In this document: one piece after another, positions 23,701-33,545 of the stretch
How the letters are laid out: the number at the start of each line of letters is the position of its first letter
Position numbering within the stretch: the first letter of the stretch is position 1
NCBI GenBank assembly: GCA_001687465.1
Contig: LVLI01000085.1
Location: forward strand, 62,001-96,632
Source: Halocafeteria seosinensis
Taxonomy: Eukaryota
Direction: 5' to 3'
Length of the DNA stretch: 34,632 nt
The notes under the pieces: model-generated
The model's input: only the letters and a program-made list of their open reading frames with translations
The model's database searches: none
What the model was told of the DNA's origin: nothing
Program-made: the position numbers and the translations under genes

Positions 23701-25804
23701 GCCCAGTCAATTTCCATTCGGCACTTAGCTGCAATAGCAGACCCGCCGCTCATCGATTCTTGAGCTGCTGATAGCACGGATGCGCTACACTCGGAGCCAT
23801 GAGCCTTCCACTCATACAATATACCAGGAAACAACGTCCAGTATGTCTCCAGAGACATTAATGTCCACAGATCTTCAAACGATAGTGCTTGTCCGTTGCT
23901 GTAACGTTCCCATATTTCCTTATAAACCTTGAGATGCCGAGAGTGGGCTGAAAGGTAGTGCAGGACTTCCCGCTCATCAAACGCACTCCACTTTCTCCTT
24001 CCACGCCATCGATTCAACATCTCAACAGAAGGAATATGCAGTTTTCTATTCAGAGCAAGACCGGCACTTTCTTTAGAGTAGTACAGCGTGTTCGCTCGGT
24101 CCGATATATGGTTGACGATTTCCCATCCGGTCCTAACCTGCACAACAAGGTTTTCTCCTCTAGGATATATACACAAGGACAAACACGAACATTGAAATAG
24201 TCATACCTGAGCGTTACTAATGCGACATCTCAAAGCGCCCAACTGTATCTCGACTTGAAAGCATGGTTGAGTCTCCCGCAGAGCACTTTCAAATTCGAAC
24301 GCCGAGGACAGTAACTCCGAATCAGCAAGGTTGTTGTCGAGAAACCATTGTGTGACCGGTCCCTCTCCAGGCGATACAGTATTTGGAGCTTTGCTATTTG
24401 TCCACTGCTTCAAAAGGTAAACACGCGGATCGTCAAGGAATTTGTGCCACTCACTATGGGAGAGTGACAGTACGCCGACGGAGGTTGTATGAGGAAGTCT
24501 TGAAAAGAGCTGCTCCTCCCAGTGTTCTGGAAGATTTAGATCCAGGAGGTGTAACATCTCGGCTAATGAGATGCTTCCTTGATCATGGTACACAACTTTC
24601 AGATCCACATCAAAAGGGAATACAATATACTGACGATTTGCTTCGCTGAGCAACTCCCTCAACGATGCCTCGTTTGTTGTGTCGGAGTCACCGACGACAA
24701 CCTTGTCGTAATCTGTCATCAGACCCTTCTTCATGCGAACATAAGAATTGTCAAAACCTTCAGGCGAGGTGCGTCTTCGCTCTTCATTACATTTCGTTGC
24801 GTAAACGCTTTCCGGGGATTTCGTATCACAGTACACTGCTGCATTATGAACATCTATATGCTTTCCAATAAACGTTGATTCGTCATTATGCAGCTGCCTC
24901 CACTCATAATACGTATCGCTCGGATTATGCAGAGTATCTATGCTTCGTATGGATAAATCCCCCACTCCGAAGCCGATAGCCGCTCTGCAGGTGGAGATGT
25001 CCGATGGTAGCGCAGTGCCGGAGCCTTTGCTTACTGCATCGTTTGTTCCGGATCTCTTATATTCCAATCGAAAATGAACGTTGTATACGTATATCTGTAG
25101 TGTATCCGCAATCGTTCGAATGGCTCGCATGACCCACGACCCCATAGCCACTTTAGAAGACGTCGTCGCATCTGAGGACCGCCGCGCGAGCGTCTGCAAA
25201 CTAGAATCCTCTCGGCTGAAAAATTCGATCACCCTCGAGATAGCATCATCCAGCACATATAGCTTATATCGACAACTCTCTTCTTCCACTGACGTGTCGC
25301 CGAGGTGTTTCACTTCAGTCACGACATTAAAGCCATCTGCGAAAGCCAAAACCACATGTACAGTAAAGTTAACCCGAAATGCACCTTGAACAAACGTGAA
25401 AATCCATGGTGTACGCGTGGATACGTACCTAAATGAATGGTGATAGGCGCCGAGAACAACTCGCTCCAGGAAAAAAGCAGTTTGATTGTCCGTATAGCCA
25501 CCGTATTCACCCGGATGGGCAGGTAGACTGACAGCCCAGGGAACCAAGAGTCCAAAAATTGTTGTGCGCGTATCTCTATTTTGTTTAAACTGACATAATT
25601 AGCTCCAATTTGGACTGTGTCTCCTGAGAGCGAGGCCCCGTCAATGTACGGCTCCAACCATGGTCGCAAAAGATCCACAAAGATCTTTGTGACCGTGTAT
25701 TGAAGCCATGAGAAAAAGAACATCTCCCGCTTTCCTCTGAGCCACTCGGGACGGGGAATAACAACCGACAAACCATCCAAAATGGATATCAAAGTAGGCG
25801 GCAT
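2761..25804 (-). CDS. VPS13: Giant VPS13-family bridge-like lipid transfer protein (~7,557 aa from ATG 25723, ~7,584 aa from ATG 25804); exons 25804/25723-25429, 25336-24207, 24137-15826, 15767-12106, 12035-2761
   Basis: Introns 25337-25428, 24138-24206, 15768-15825 and 12036-12105 are all GT..CAG and phase-consistent (1,0,2,1), joining five ORFs into one frame. Motifs seen: Chorein_N-like start (LLRPWLEPYIDG...VSLNKIEIR...LPIRV...IKLLFSWSELFSAPITIHLDGFNVV); ACPRIILP..LILIDLGHL; FNAEYYNPGVGEWEPFLEQW; VAB repeats (KTLRIRSTVAIHN, MRIENLLPFPL, EPYRVENN, GATKVIRISD); GTGISIMDHHPRELLYATI..FQVDSQ; KIAGSASFLGNPVGL; ATG2_C-like GISGVVSTPYRGGKRDGALGFAKGFGMGIAGLVLKPTSGMLD; RVRLPR; C-terminal PH (LLVTDKSVYLL). 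Confidence 0.95.
6529..7155 (-). other. PDZ domain (with a long internal loop) within VPS13
   Basis: WDICFSGSNTGIAF (carboxylate-binding-loop-like), then after a ~100-aa loop LSVEVSSVD...LQGSVVSHVNGFPLKGMLYDDAVEWINSS...SPVVLRF. This fits the PDZ G[D/S]xIxxVNG..xxAVxxI..V.L.F pattern. Confidence 0.75.
8245..8640 (-). other. Canonical C2 domain within VPS13
   Basis: MLWVQLVSAAGLAASD...SDPYIRL...RTSHCPNTIDPVWGEQFLF...EVWDHNRTETDDVLGYVSIP...DRWYPI...GSIRVKM. Confidence 0.93.
14294..14756 (-). other. PH domain within VPS13 (start of VAB region)
   Basis: VIVAGPVLKYSFSKDKWRRQYAAVFGSSVFVF...KPIDL...PFVLEIR...LTLGFSSFDEFKSWARSL. Shows the G-x-L-x-K...W-R-R-x-Y strands and the terminal helix with the invariant Trp. 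Confidence 0.8.
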
Positions 25805-25868
25805 TTTGCTCCCAAAATGAAACAATCTTTTCTTGGACTTGACAAACTTCAACTTCAAGGAGACCAGT

Positions 25869-25932
25869 GTCACTGTGACGTGGTGCGAGAACGAAGAGGC
25901 ACGTGAGTCAACCAACAGCCTGGTGAGTCAAC
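25869..25932. promoter_or_regulatory. Cluster of bZIP/bHLH-type motifs upstream of VPS13
   Basis: TGACGTGG at 25876, CACGTG at 25900, and GTGAGTCAAC (containing TGAGTCA) at both 25903 and 25923. The cluster lies 65-130 bp upstream of the first in-frame ATG (25804). Confidence 0.3.
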
Positions 25933-26211
25933 TGATATGGTACGTGTTTGGGGACTTTGACCGAATGGAAAATATTCAAACAAGAACTGAAAAAGTAGGA
26001 CAATACGTGCTTGGAAGGATTCCCCCTATACCGACAGGGAGTCAGCCTGGCGTGCAGTCAGCCTCCGCGGTGTTACAAGTGTAACTCCGCACGTTACCAG
26101 GGCCCCTTGAGAATCTATTTGATCGAGCGTTCACAAGAGGTTTAGACATTCGACGCATCACAAGCCAACAAAAAGCGTACTGTGACTGTGAACCGATGCG
26201 ATTTGAGATAA

Positions 26212-29200
26212 TCAGGCAGCCAGCCGCGGCCGGCTGCAAAATCGTCCAGTGTATTTTTTGGCAGTGGACGCATTTTCGGTGTGTTCACTTCTATGAACAC
26301 CTCACCTTTGGAACCACTGTGGTCCAGGAGGTACTTTTTTGGGAACAGAAGAAGTGACAGTGTTGAAGGGCTGGTCAGTGGAAAGTGGTCCCACTACAGC
26401 CACTTCGTCAGACAGTATTGAGCTACGAGCACCGAACTGGTTTTCATTGACTGTGTGGAGACGTTTTCGCAACTGGTTAGTAAGAGAGACACTCGCCATA
26501 ATGCTGCTTTCTTGGAGCCGCATGAGAGACAAATCAGAACCATCAGACAAAATGTCATGTGCAAGAGAATTCAACATGGCAAAGCTGCTCTCGTCTTCAA
26601 TACCAGGCTCAACATTGTCTTCCGTGACTTTGCATTCCAATTCATCACTCAATCCAATAAAGCGAACAATTTTCTCTCGCAACGGACGCAGACGGCTCAT
26701 CGGTGATCGCGGAATATCGTCAATGGAAGATGATGCCTCCTGACAAGCTACTGCGGAGGCAGCTGGAACATAGAGTGGAAATCGCACAGACGATGAAGGT
26801 TCAATATCCGTTTGGCCGAGTACCCGTTGCATCCACTCATCGAAGTCCCAGTCATGATTACTACCTCTTGACCGCTCGTAAGCGTTCCATGACCGCTGTA
26901 TATCGTTCAGAAGGCTTCCGATTTCTTCATCGTTTCTAGAGTCCGAGATGTACTTCGCAAATGCAGCGAGGTATGCAACATCTAAGGGGCTAACGGTCGT
27001 CAGAGCATACATGTCTAACGTAAGATATTCCGGTTGGAAAAGCCCAACGTCGCTCATTCCTAATCCAAGAGGCACCGACACACCACTGGATAGCGGATCA
27101 TACACCGGTTGAGTCACCCGACGTAAGGAATTCAAGCAAGCCTCTTTTAGAGGATACAAGTATGCGTCCATTCCATCGGAATGTCCAGCTTCAGAAAAAT
27201 CTAGCCGCCAAATTCCGTACAACATGCATCGCAAGCGCATAATGGCAACAGTAGGGAGTGCATCTTCCGTTACCTCGAAAAGGTCTTTCAGCATTCCCCA
27301 AAAATCAGCTCCCCCAGCAAAATACCAGGGGAATATTGTCGTTACTTGTTTTATCGACTGCGGGAGTACTTCGTGAAGGACGAATTGTAACGCAAATGTT
27401 GGTGAACAGCGCTTTGCTAGACTCCAAAGAACTCCTTGCAGCTCCTTAGCATCACTAGTTCCAGATATAAGTACGTTCGCTTCCACAATGTCACTATAAG
27501 GCCTCAACTGCTCGAAATCGAACGGGTCCATTCCGATACTCCTGATGATGTCGCACATCAGGCGAGCGATGCACGTGGATATTGGTTGAATCAAATCTTC
27601 GAACATGGTGTCCAACTTTTCAACACTTTCGGAGCGCAATAACCCATTCATTTCTGTCGACGAAATCGACAACCTCGACAAAAGCAAATCCCGGGGAAGA
27701 GCAGTTTCTGCCAGGTAGAGTGCGTTCATCAATGCCACGCCAACGTTAAGTGTCACACTCTCGCGGGCAGCAGTAGTCTCCAACATCAAAGGCAGTAATA
27801 CCTTGCTGCTTCCAGGAGTAATTTCAGGTGATGAACTAGACAATAACCCTTCTAGCATTCGATCAAAAGCTGATACCCACAGCTTCGGTGGACATAGAAA
27901 AGGAGAGAAAACGCTTCGGTTAATTGTAGTCCAAAATGCACGATGCGTCAAAGGGGAGCTCAACGAGTGGCAAGCATCTTCAAGTATGCGTACGGTTTCT
28001 TTTTCAACGAGAAGGGCCCTGAGCTCACCTACTAATCGCGACACACACTTTGCGACAACAGTAGAACCTAGCAGTTTTCCTTCCGGCGATGACTTGCCTA
28101 ACGGACTCTCTACCTCTCTGCGTTCTGAAGTTACTTCCAATACTCCATCGTACAGCTCGTGCAACGCGCATAACCCTTCTGCAGATTTAAGGATATTATC
28201 CCGGACCTGTTTTCTCTTTGAATACAGACCGTGAAAATCCAAAGGCAAGACGCCTGATGTGCTCTCACCGACCCACCAACCCATTTTCTCCAATAAATCA
28301 AACGCCCGCTTACAGTCAGCGCTCAAGGCGTTAACTCTTTCCGTAGGGTGGCCATCTAAGACACTGTTTTGTGAAAATTGTCTATCCGAGGGATGATCCT
28401 TAGACAGTGCAGGTTCCGGCAATATGTCGACAGTCAGGACGGCAGAACTCTGCCTCAGCATAGTTTGCATCATTAGCTTGTATATGAAGTACGGGTTGTG
28501 CTTAGCTTGTTCTCTCATATTGCTTTTCAGTCGATCCCGCTCGCTACTGTTTAACTGAAGAATGTGTCTCCGCGACCGTTCTTGATTAAGTTGTCGAATA
28601 CGCTCTTCGATCAACTCGTCGACATAATTCTCCTTTGACGTCTTAGTTTGACCAGCATGGGAGCCGTCCTCCTGAGATATAACAATCTTGTTGCTCTCAA
28701 GGTCGTTGCAAGGGGTAATGGAAGGAATGGTCTGATGTTTCACCACGGTACCGGAGCGCAAGCGAGGAGTCCATTTCCGGCTACTTAACTGAGACGGTGT
28801 TGCTCCATATATCCTTTCCTCATCTAAATTATGTTCCTTTAGAATTTGATCCAAAGAGTAGTTCCTTTCATACTCTTCTTGCTCGACAAGATCCTGTAGT
28901 AGGGACAGTCTCATATGTAACTCCGAATCAGTGCGGGCAAGACACCCATAAGTCCAACACGCTACAAGAATGCTCCTAAAAACTTGAGATATGAGCGGCA
29001 GAGTCCCATCAAGTTTTATTTCATCATTCATTGCGCTCGTGCATGTTAGACTTCGCGTCTTCCGGCTTAGTTCTGTCAAAAACCTCAAGTCGACGATCTT
29101 GCCGTCGCATTGATTCACAACGGAATGGAGAGATGCCGGGTCAGTTAATTCCACATGTTGCGGCTTCGTCATGCATGCAATGAAAAAGTGTCCAAATATG

Positions 29201-30973
29201 CAGCACCAATGGCTCCGGAGCTTCCCGGTACTGGCGAGCCTAAAGTCCATCCATCCAAAAGCTTCTATTTTGGAGTCGCTGAAGGATCTCGCCCGTGCTG
29301 GAACAGCAAAAAAGCACAAAACGCTTAAGTCAGACCTAAACCGAAACACAGGAAGGAATGGGCTTACCATCAAAACGATTCCGAAATAGTCTCTTGCAAC
29401 TCCGGTGTTTCGAAAGCCTTTTCAGTTGCGCGGATTTATCAATAACATCGCTATCACTGAGATAATCGTGTTCCCATGGTTCAGGGTTCTCATCACGGAA
29501 AAGTTTCCAGTCAATCTTGTTAAATTTATCGTACTCGTGTGTCGAAACGCTCTTCACATTTGCACTTTCTTTTCCCCCTCTCGTTGGAGACTTCCATGGC
29601 ATTTTTGACGAAACCCATTCCGAAAACGTCTTTCCCGATTCAGCACCATCTGAAGCAGCCTGAGTAGTGGCCGCCGCAGTAGGGATGGCAGCATCCGTAG
29701 ATGCAGTGATAGGAGTCGTGCCTCTGTCCTCGGCGGAAGTTTCATCACTCGTTGTTCTGGCAGCAGCACGCCCTTCCCGATTGGCGGCACCGCCTCTGTT
29801 TCTTGGTGGTCTCCGTAATTTTGGCGCTCCTCCCCGTCTTGAAGTTCTTCCAGGATGCTGATTGTCCGGTGCGTTGGTGGCATGCTTGCCTTCAAATTGT
29901 TCAGCTTTCGAGCGAATGCCTGCTGACTGTGGACTGAAATGGTTCTTCGGGTTGACATCCTCTTTATATGCTTCTTTCGATGCAGCGGTAGTGAAGGGTG
30001 CCGAGGATCTCCGCCCTCGACGTTTGATCTTGCCAATGGGTGGCGACATGGACGTACCATCCCCTTTATTCTGATTCCCTGATGCAATGTCGTTATCGTC
30101 TTTCGCGTGTAGCCCTTGCTTTGGAGGATGCGGTACCTGAGTGGCAGTACTCCTAGTGGCCGAAGTAGCCGCGTTATCGGTGTTCTTCTGCCGTGACCTG
30201 CTATCACTCGCAGTTTTCTGGTCGGCCGGGGTTGATTCCGATTCACGCTGCTGCATGGTAGCGGCAGCAGCGCTCTCTGCCGCAGAGGCGTTTATTTGCG
30301 AATCGGTATCTTCTTGAACATGCTGATCTTTACCCCCCAGTATAAACCCCGGTGAATGCTGACCTGGTGATGCGGTATCTTCTTTCTCTGTCGGTTGCCA
30401 CGGCGGTGTCATGGGAAGCTGTTGGGCAGTCCCACTGCCACCTTCCTCCTCCTCCTCCTGCAGAAAGGGCTGATTCCCTTTCTCCTGATCGACGGTAGGA
30501 GTAGCTGTCGCTGTAGGGGTGGGAGTTTGCCCTCCAACATCGGGTCGGTCCACTTCCTCCACATGAGACGGCTGTTGAAATTCCCCCTCCTCCTCCTCCT
30601 CCTCCTCTTGCGTATACTTGCCAGCATACGATTGAGGATCATACGAGGCAGAGGAAGCCTCGGGAGGCACCCATTGACTATCCCGGGTCCTTGTATTATA
30701 CCAGAAAATCTCCCCGGAATCAGGTGCAATGGCCGTGCGCCACAGGTCTCCATGGACGTCAATGCGCTCTTCATCGTACGCAGACGCCCCCGTCTGCGCC
30801 CCACGCTGCTGGAGGTACTCGAAATAAGGCTTAAACTCGTCTGGAATGTGCTTTATATCCACGGGAACCCCTGGGTCCTCCCATATCGCCTCCTTTGTCG
30901 GCCGATGCACGAAATAAAGGGCTTGTGTATTAGGGTCATAGTATGCCTTCCATTCAGGTTTGGTTTTACTCAT
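26212..30973 (-). CDS. Uncharacterised WW-WW / disordered linker / PH-like / helical protein (~1,533-1,539 aa); exons 30973-29368, 29297-26306 and probably 26233-26212
   Basis: WW1 EWKAYYDPNTQALYFVHRPTKEAIWEDP (30872-30958) and WW2 LWRTAIAPDSGEIFWYNTRTRDSQWVPP (30662-30751). Intron 29298-29367 (GTAAGC..CTGAC..TTCCAG, phase 1) joins the 564-aa and 1023-aa ORFs. PH-like segment IEAFGWMDF..KLRSHWCCIFG..IVDLRFL (28954-29268). A likely last intron 26234-26305 (GTGAGG..TTGCAG) gives the end WFQSRPRLAA*; unspliced, the stop is at 26302. Confidence 0.82.
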
Positions 30974-30996
30974 CTTTCCTGACGAAATAAAGAGCA

Positions 30997-31734
30997 ATGG
31001 AGGAAGAGGAGGAGCGTCATAGACTAACAATAGCGCGTCAAACGTGCTCTATGAGCCCCTTAATGAGCCATTTCTACAGTCTACGTGCATTGCATACACG
31101 AGGGTCTCAGAGTATAAAGCGTATTTCATGTGATCATTGTGGACAGATACTGATACCGGGGGAAAATGCTGAAAAATCGAGCATTAAACGACGAAAGCAC
31201 CGGGATTCTCGACATAAAGGCCAGAAAAAGCAACGAGCATTGCATGCCATGGTACGTGGTACATGGCTGTTTTCTCCCCCTATAAGAGGCTTTTTTTGTT
31301 GTTTACGACCTTTACAGCGTGTCAAATGTTCAACTTGCCGGAACCGGTCCCATAAAGTGCTCCCGTGGAGGCATCAGAAGCACCCATTGGCGTACAAACA
31401 AGTCCAAGACACTTTAGCACGAAAGCAACAGGAAGTGGAACGCCAACAACGACTGCAGGAAGCGGCACAGAAGGAGATCGACAAGATAGCAGGAGCCAAA
31501 CGTGGACGATCGGATAAAGAAAAGGATAACACGGAAATCGATTTAACGCAAATGACAGGCATCAGCAACGGAAGCAAACGAGTTGGAACTGCCGCCCAAG
31601 CAAAGAAAAAGAAGAAGAAGCGAGCGAATGTAACCGGGGCATCAATGGCAGCACAACAGAAACTACAGGAGCAACAGCAACAACAAACGTCGAGTGTGCT
31701 GGGGTTAGCTGCAGCATTGCGAGGAAACAGATGA
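30997..31734 (+). CDS. RNase P/MRP zinc-ribbon subunit, Rpr2/Rpp21/Snm1 family (~223 aa); exons 30997-31251, 31318-31734
   Basis: N-terminal helices (RLTIARQ..SPLMSHFY), then IKRISCDHCGQILIPGEN, and after removal of the 66-nt intron 31252-31317 (GTACGT..TTACAG), MRVKCSTCRN. This is the KRxxCxxC..LIPG...CxxC family pattern, followed by a long Lys-rich tail. Confidence 0.8.
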   Translation: MEEEEERHRLTIARQTCSMSPLMSHFYSLRALHTRGSQSIKRISCDHCGQILIPGENAEKSSIKRRKHRDSRHKGQKKQRALHAMVRGTWLFSPPIRGFFCCLRPLQRVKCSTCRNRSHKVLPWRHQKHPLAYKQVQDTLARKQQEVERQQRLQEAAQKEIDKIAGAKRGRSDKEKDNTEIDLTQMTGISNGSKRVGTAAQAKKKKKKRANVTGASMAAQQKLQEQQQQQTSSVLGLAAALRGNR

Positions 31735-32077
31735 GAAACTCTGCTCCAGCTGTATATTGAGTGTCCCTCGATGCGAGCAACAACACGAACTACATGGAAT
31801 GAAAAGCTTTCATACGCATATTGAGGGCCAAGCAGACACTATAAAAGATCGATCAATGTGTCCTTGTAGACAAATTGAGGTGTTTCCAGTTCTGAATGTG
31901 GGCAACTTGCAGTTGTAGAACTGAAAGACTGTGGCTGTCTCCTTGAATCGGATGCATATTCAATTCGGAAGCATACTGCTACTTTTGGCGAACTGCCAAT
32001 GACATTGCCAGATGTCAACACCCGTTGATGCGCCCACAAGCTTCTGAGCAAAATGTGACAAGGATCAGAAGACTTTT

Positions 32078-33033
32078 CTACGCTTTCGCACCCGTCTTGG
32101 GCGCTACTGCTGAACTTGACCCAGTGCCCAGGTTTTCATCATCTAATAACTCCATAACATCCTGTACGTAGGAAAGAAAACACAGAATGTAGAGAAAGAA
32201 AACCCTAGGAAAGAAATAACGACATATGCGTTGGGAAAAAACCTGCCGCGGTACTCGTTTGTCCCCTTGACCTACCTTAACGAAATCTTCCCCAGTATTC
32301 TTATAGTGCCAAGCAGCCTCTATAGCTTCCTGAAATACCCTAACAACGTTTGTCCCATCAGCGGCTGAGACAAAGTAAAATGGAAGTCCTCTATCTTTGG
32401 GGAACTTGAATGATTTCTTCGTCACTTTGTAGTCCACATCAATTTTGTTTGCCACTACAATCACGGGGATATTTTCGCAATAGGCTCTTAGCTCCTTATA
32501 CCATTGATTCAGATGCTGATATGTCACTTTACGCGTCACGTCAAAACACTGCAAAACACAGCTCATCCTCTAGCTGTAGGTAGCTCAACGAGTGAGAGCA
32601 GCTCGCTTCTCAGCTTACCAGTATGCAAGCGTTTGCTCTGTAATAATAACTAGGGTGCATGGAGGCGAACCTCTCCTGGCCAGCCGTATCCCAGAAGTCT
32701 ACTTTAACCTTCTTTGTCCCTCCACTGCTCTCGCCTGAGCTTGTATCGTTGATTTCGGCGTTATATCGGTAGAGGGTCAGAGCATACGTCGATCTCTGTC
32801 GAGGGTGATAATCATCCATCAAGAACCTCTCCACTAATTTCGACTTGCCTACAGCAGAGTCTCCTAATAGTATCACTTTAATATCGGGTGCTGGAATACC
32901 GGCATCTTCATCTTCCTGTTGGCCCTGCTCGAAAGCCTTACGACCTGCATTAATGTGATGAAATGACGCCCCATAACACACCACACAAAGCGAAACGATG
33001 ATACACACCTGTCTCTTCCTCTTCCTGCGCCAT
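32078..33033 (-). CDS. RABL2: Rab-like GTPase 2 (ciliary/IFT-associated), ~235 aa; exons 33033-33009, 32944-32619, 32548-32276, 32161-32078
   Basis: KVILLGDSAVGKSKLVERFLMD, STYALTLY, VDFWDTAGQERFASMHPSYY, FDVTRKVTY, VANKID, KKSFKF, FVSAADGTNVV are RABL2-diagnostic. No C-terminal prenylation Cys. Introns 32945-33008, 32549-32618 and 32162-32275 are all GT..CAG and phase-consistent. Confidence 0.95.
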
Positions 33034-33100
33034 CGTCTACTCGTCACTTGTTGTGAGTGGCCCCAAAAACTAAAGACTGACTGTCAACACCACGCTTGTT

Positions 33101-33108
33101 TGACGTCA
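33101..33108. promoter_or_regulatory. CRE-type palindrome TGACGTCA upstream of RABL2
   Basis: Perfect TGACGTCA about 68 bp upstream of the RABL2 ATG (33033). Confidence 0.25.
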
Positions 33109-33545
33109 CGGGCTGTTTGTTACCATCAGACTATAGGTGCGGAAAACGCAATACTGAAAGTTTGGAATACAACAGTTCCAATGCTAGTTTAGAGAAACAT
33201 TAGTGTGGAAGTAAGGGCTGTGGGGAGTATTGGCAGTGGGCAAGGAAATGTAATGCTACCTGCGTTCCGGATGACCGAAAACATACCGCTCACTGTCACA
33301 TGCTGTCAGTCGGTACTAGTACACAGATTAGTGGTCATGTCTGTCATTCGCGTTAACGCTCACTCCTAGGAATGCCTGTATGGTTATCTAAGGTCAGGTT
33401 ACTTTACTTTTTGTATAAATACGGTATTCTTCGACCGCCGTGGGAGAATCTGTTCTTGTGACTGATAGGGGACAACTAGAGTACACTTATTGTACCGATA
33501 TAGCTTCCATTGCATTGCATCGAAATCACCTTGCCGTGCTTCCTT

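Noticed and set aside
2761..25915. Treating the 3051, 1199, 2786, 448 and 198 aa ORFs as separate genes or a frameshifted pseudogene
   Set aside because: Each break is bridged by a canonical GT..CAG intron in the right phase that restores VPS13 motifs, and the domain order is colinear with VPS13.
30440..30610. (CCT)n runs as functional microsatellites
   Set aside because: They encode poly-Glu tracts in the disordered linker of the WW protein.
3168..30982. Many 60-230 aa antisense and off-frame ORFs inside VPS13 and the WW gene
   Set aside because: Expected by chance opposite or within long coding exons. Many start at non-ATG codons and none has recognisable motifs.
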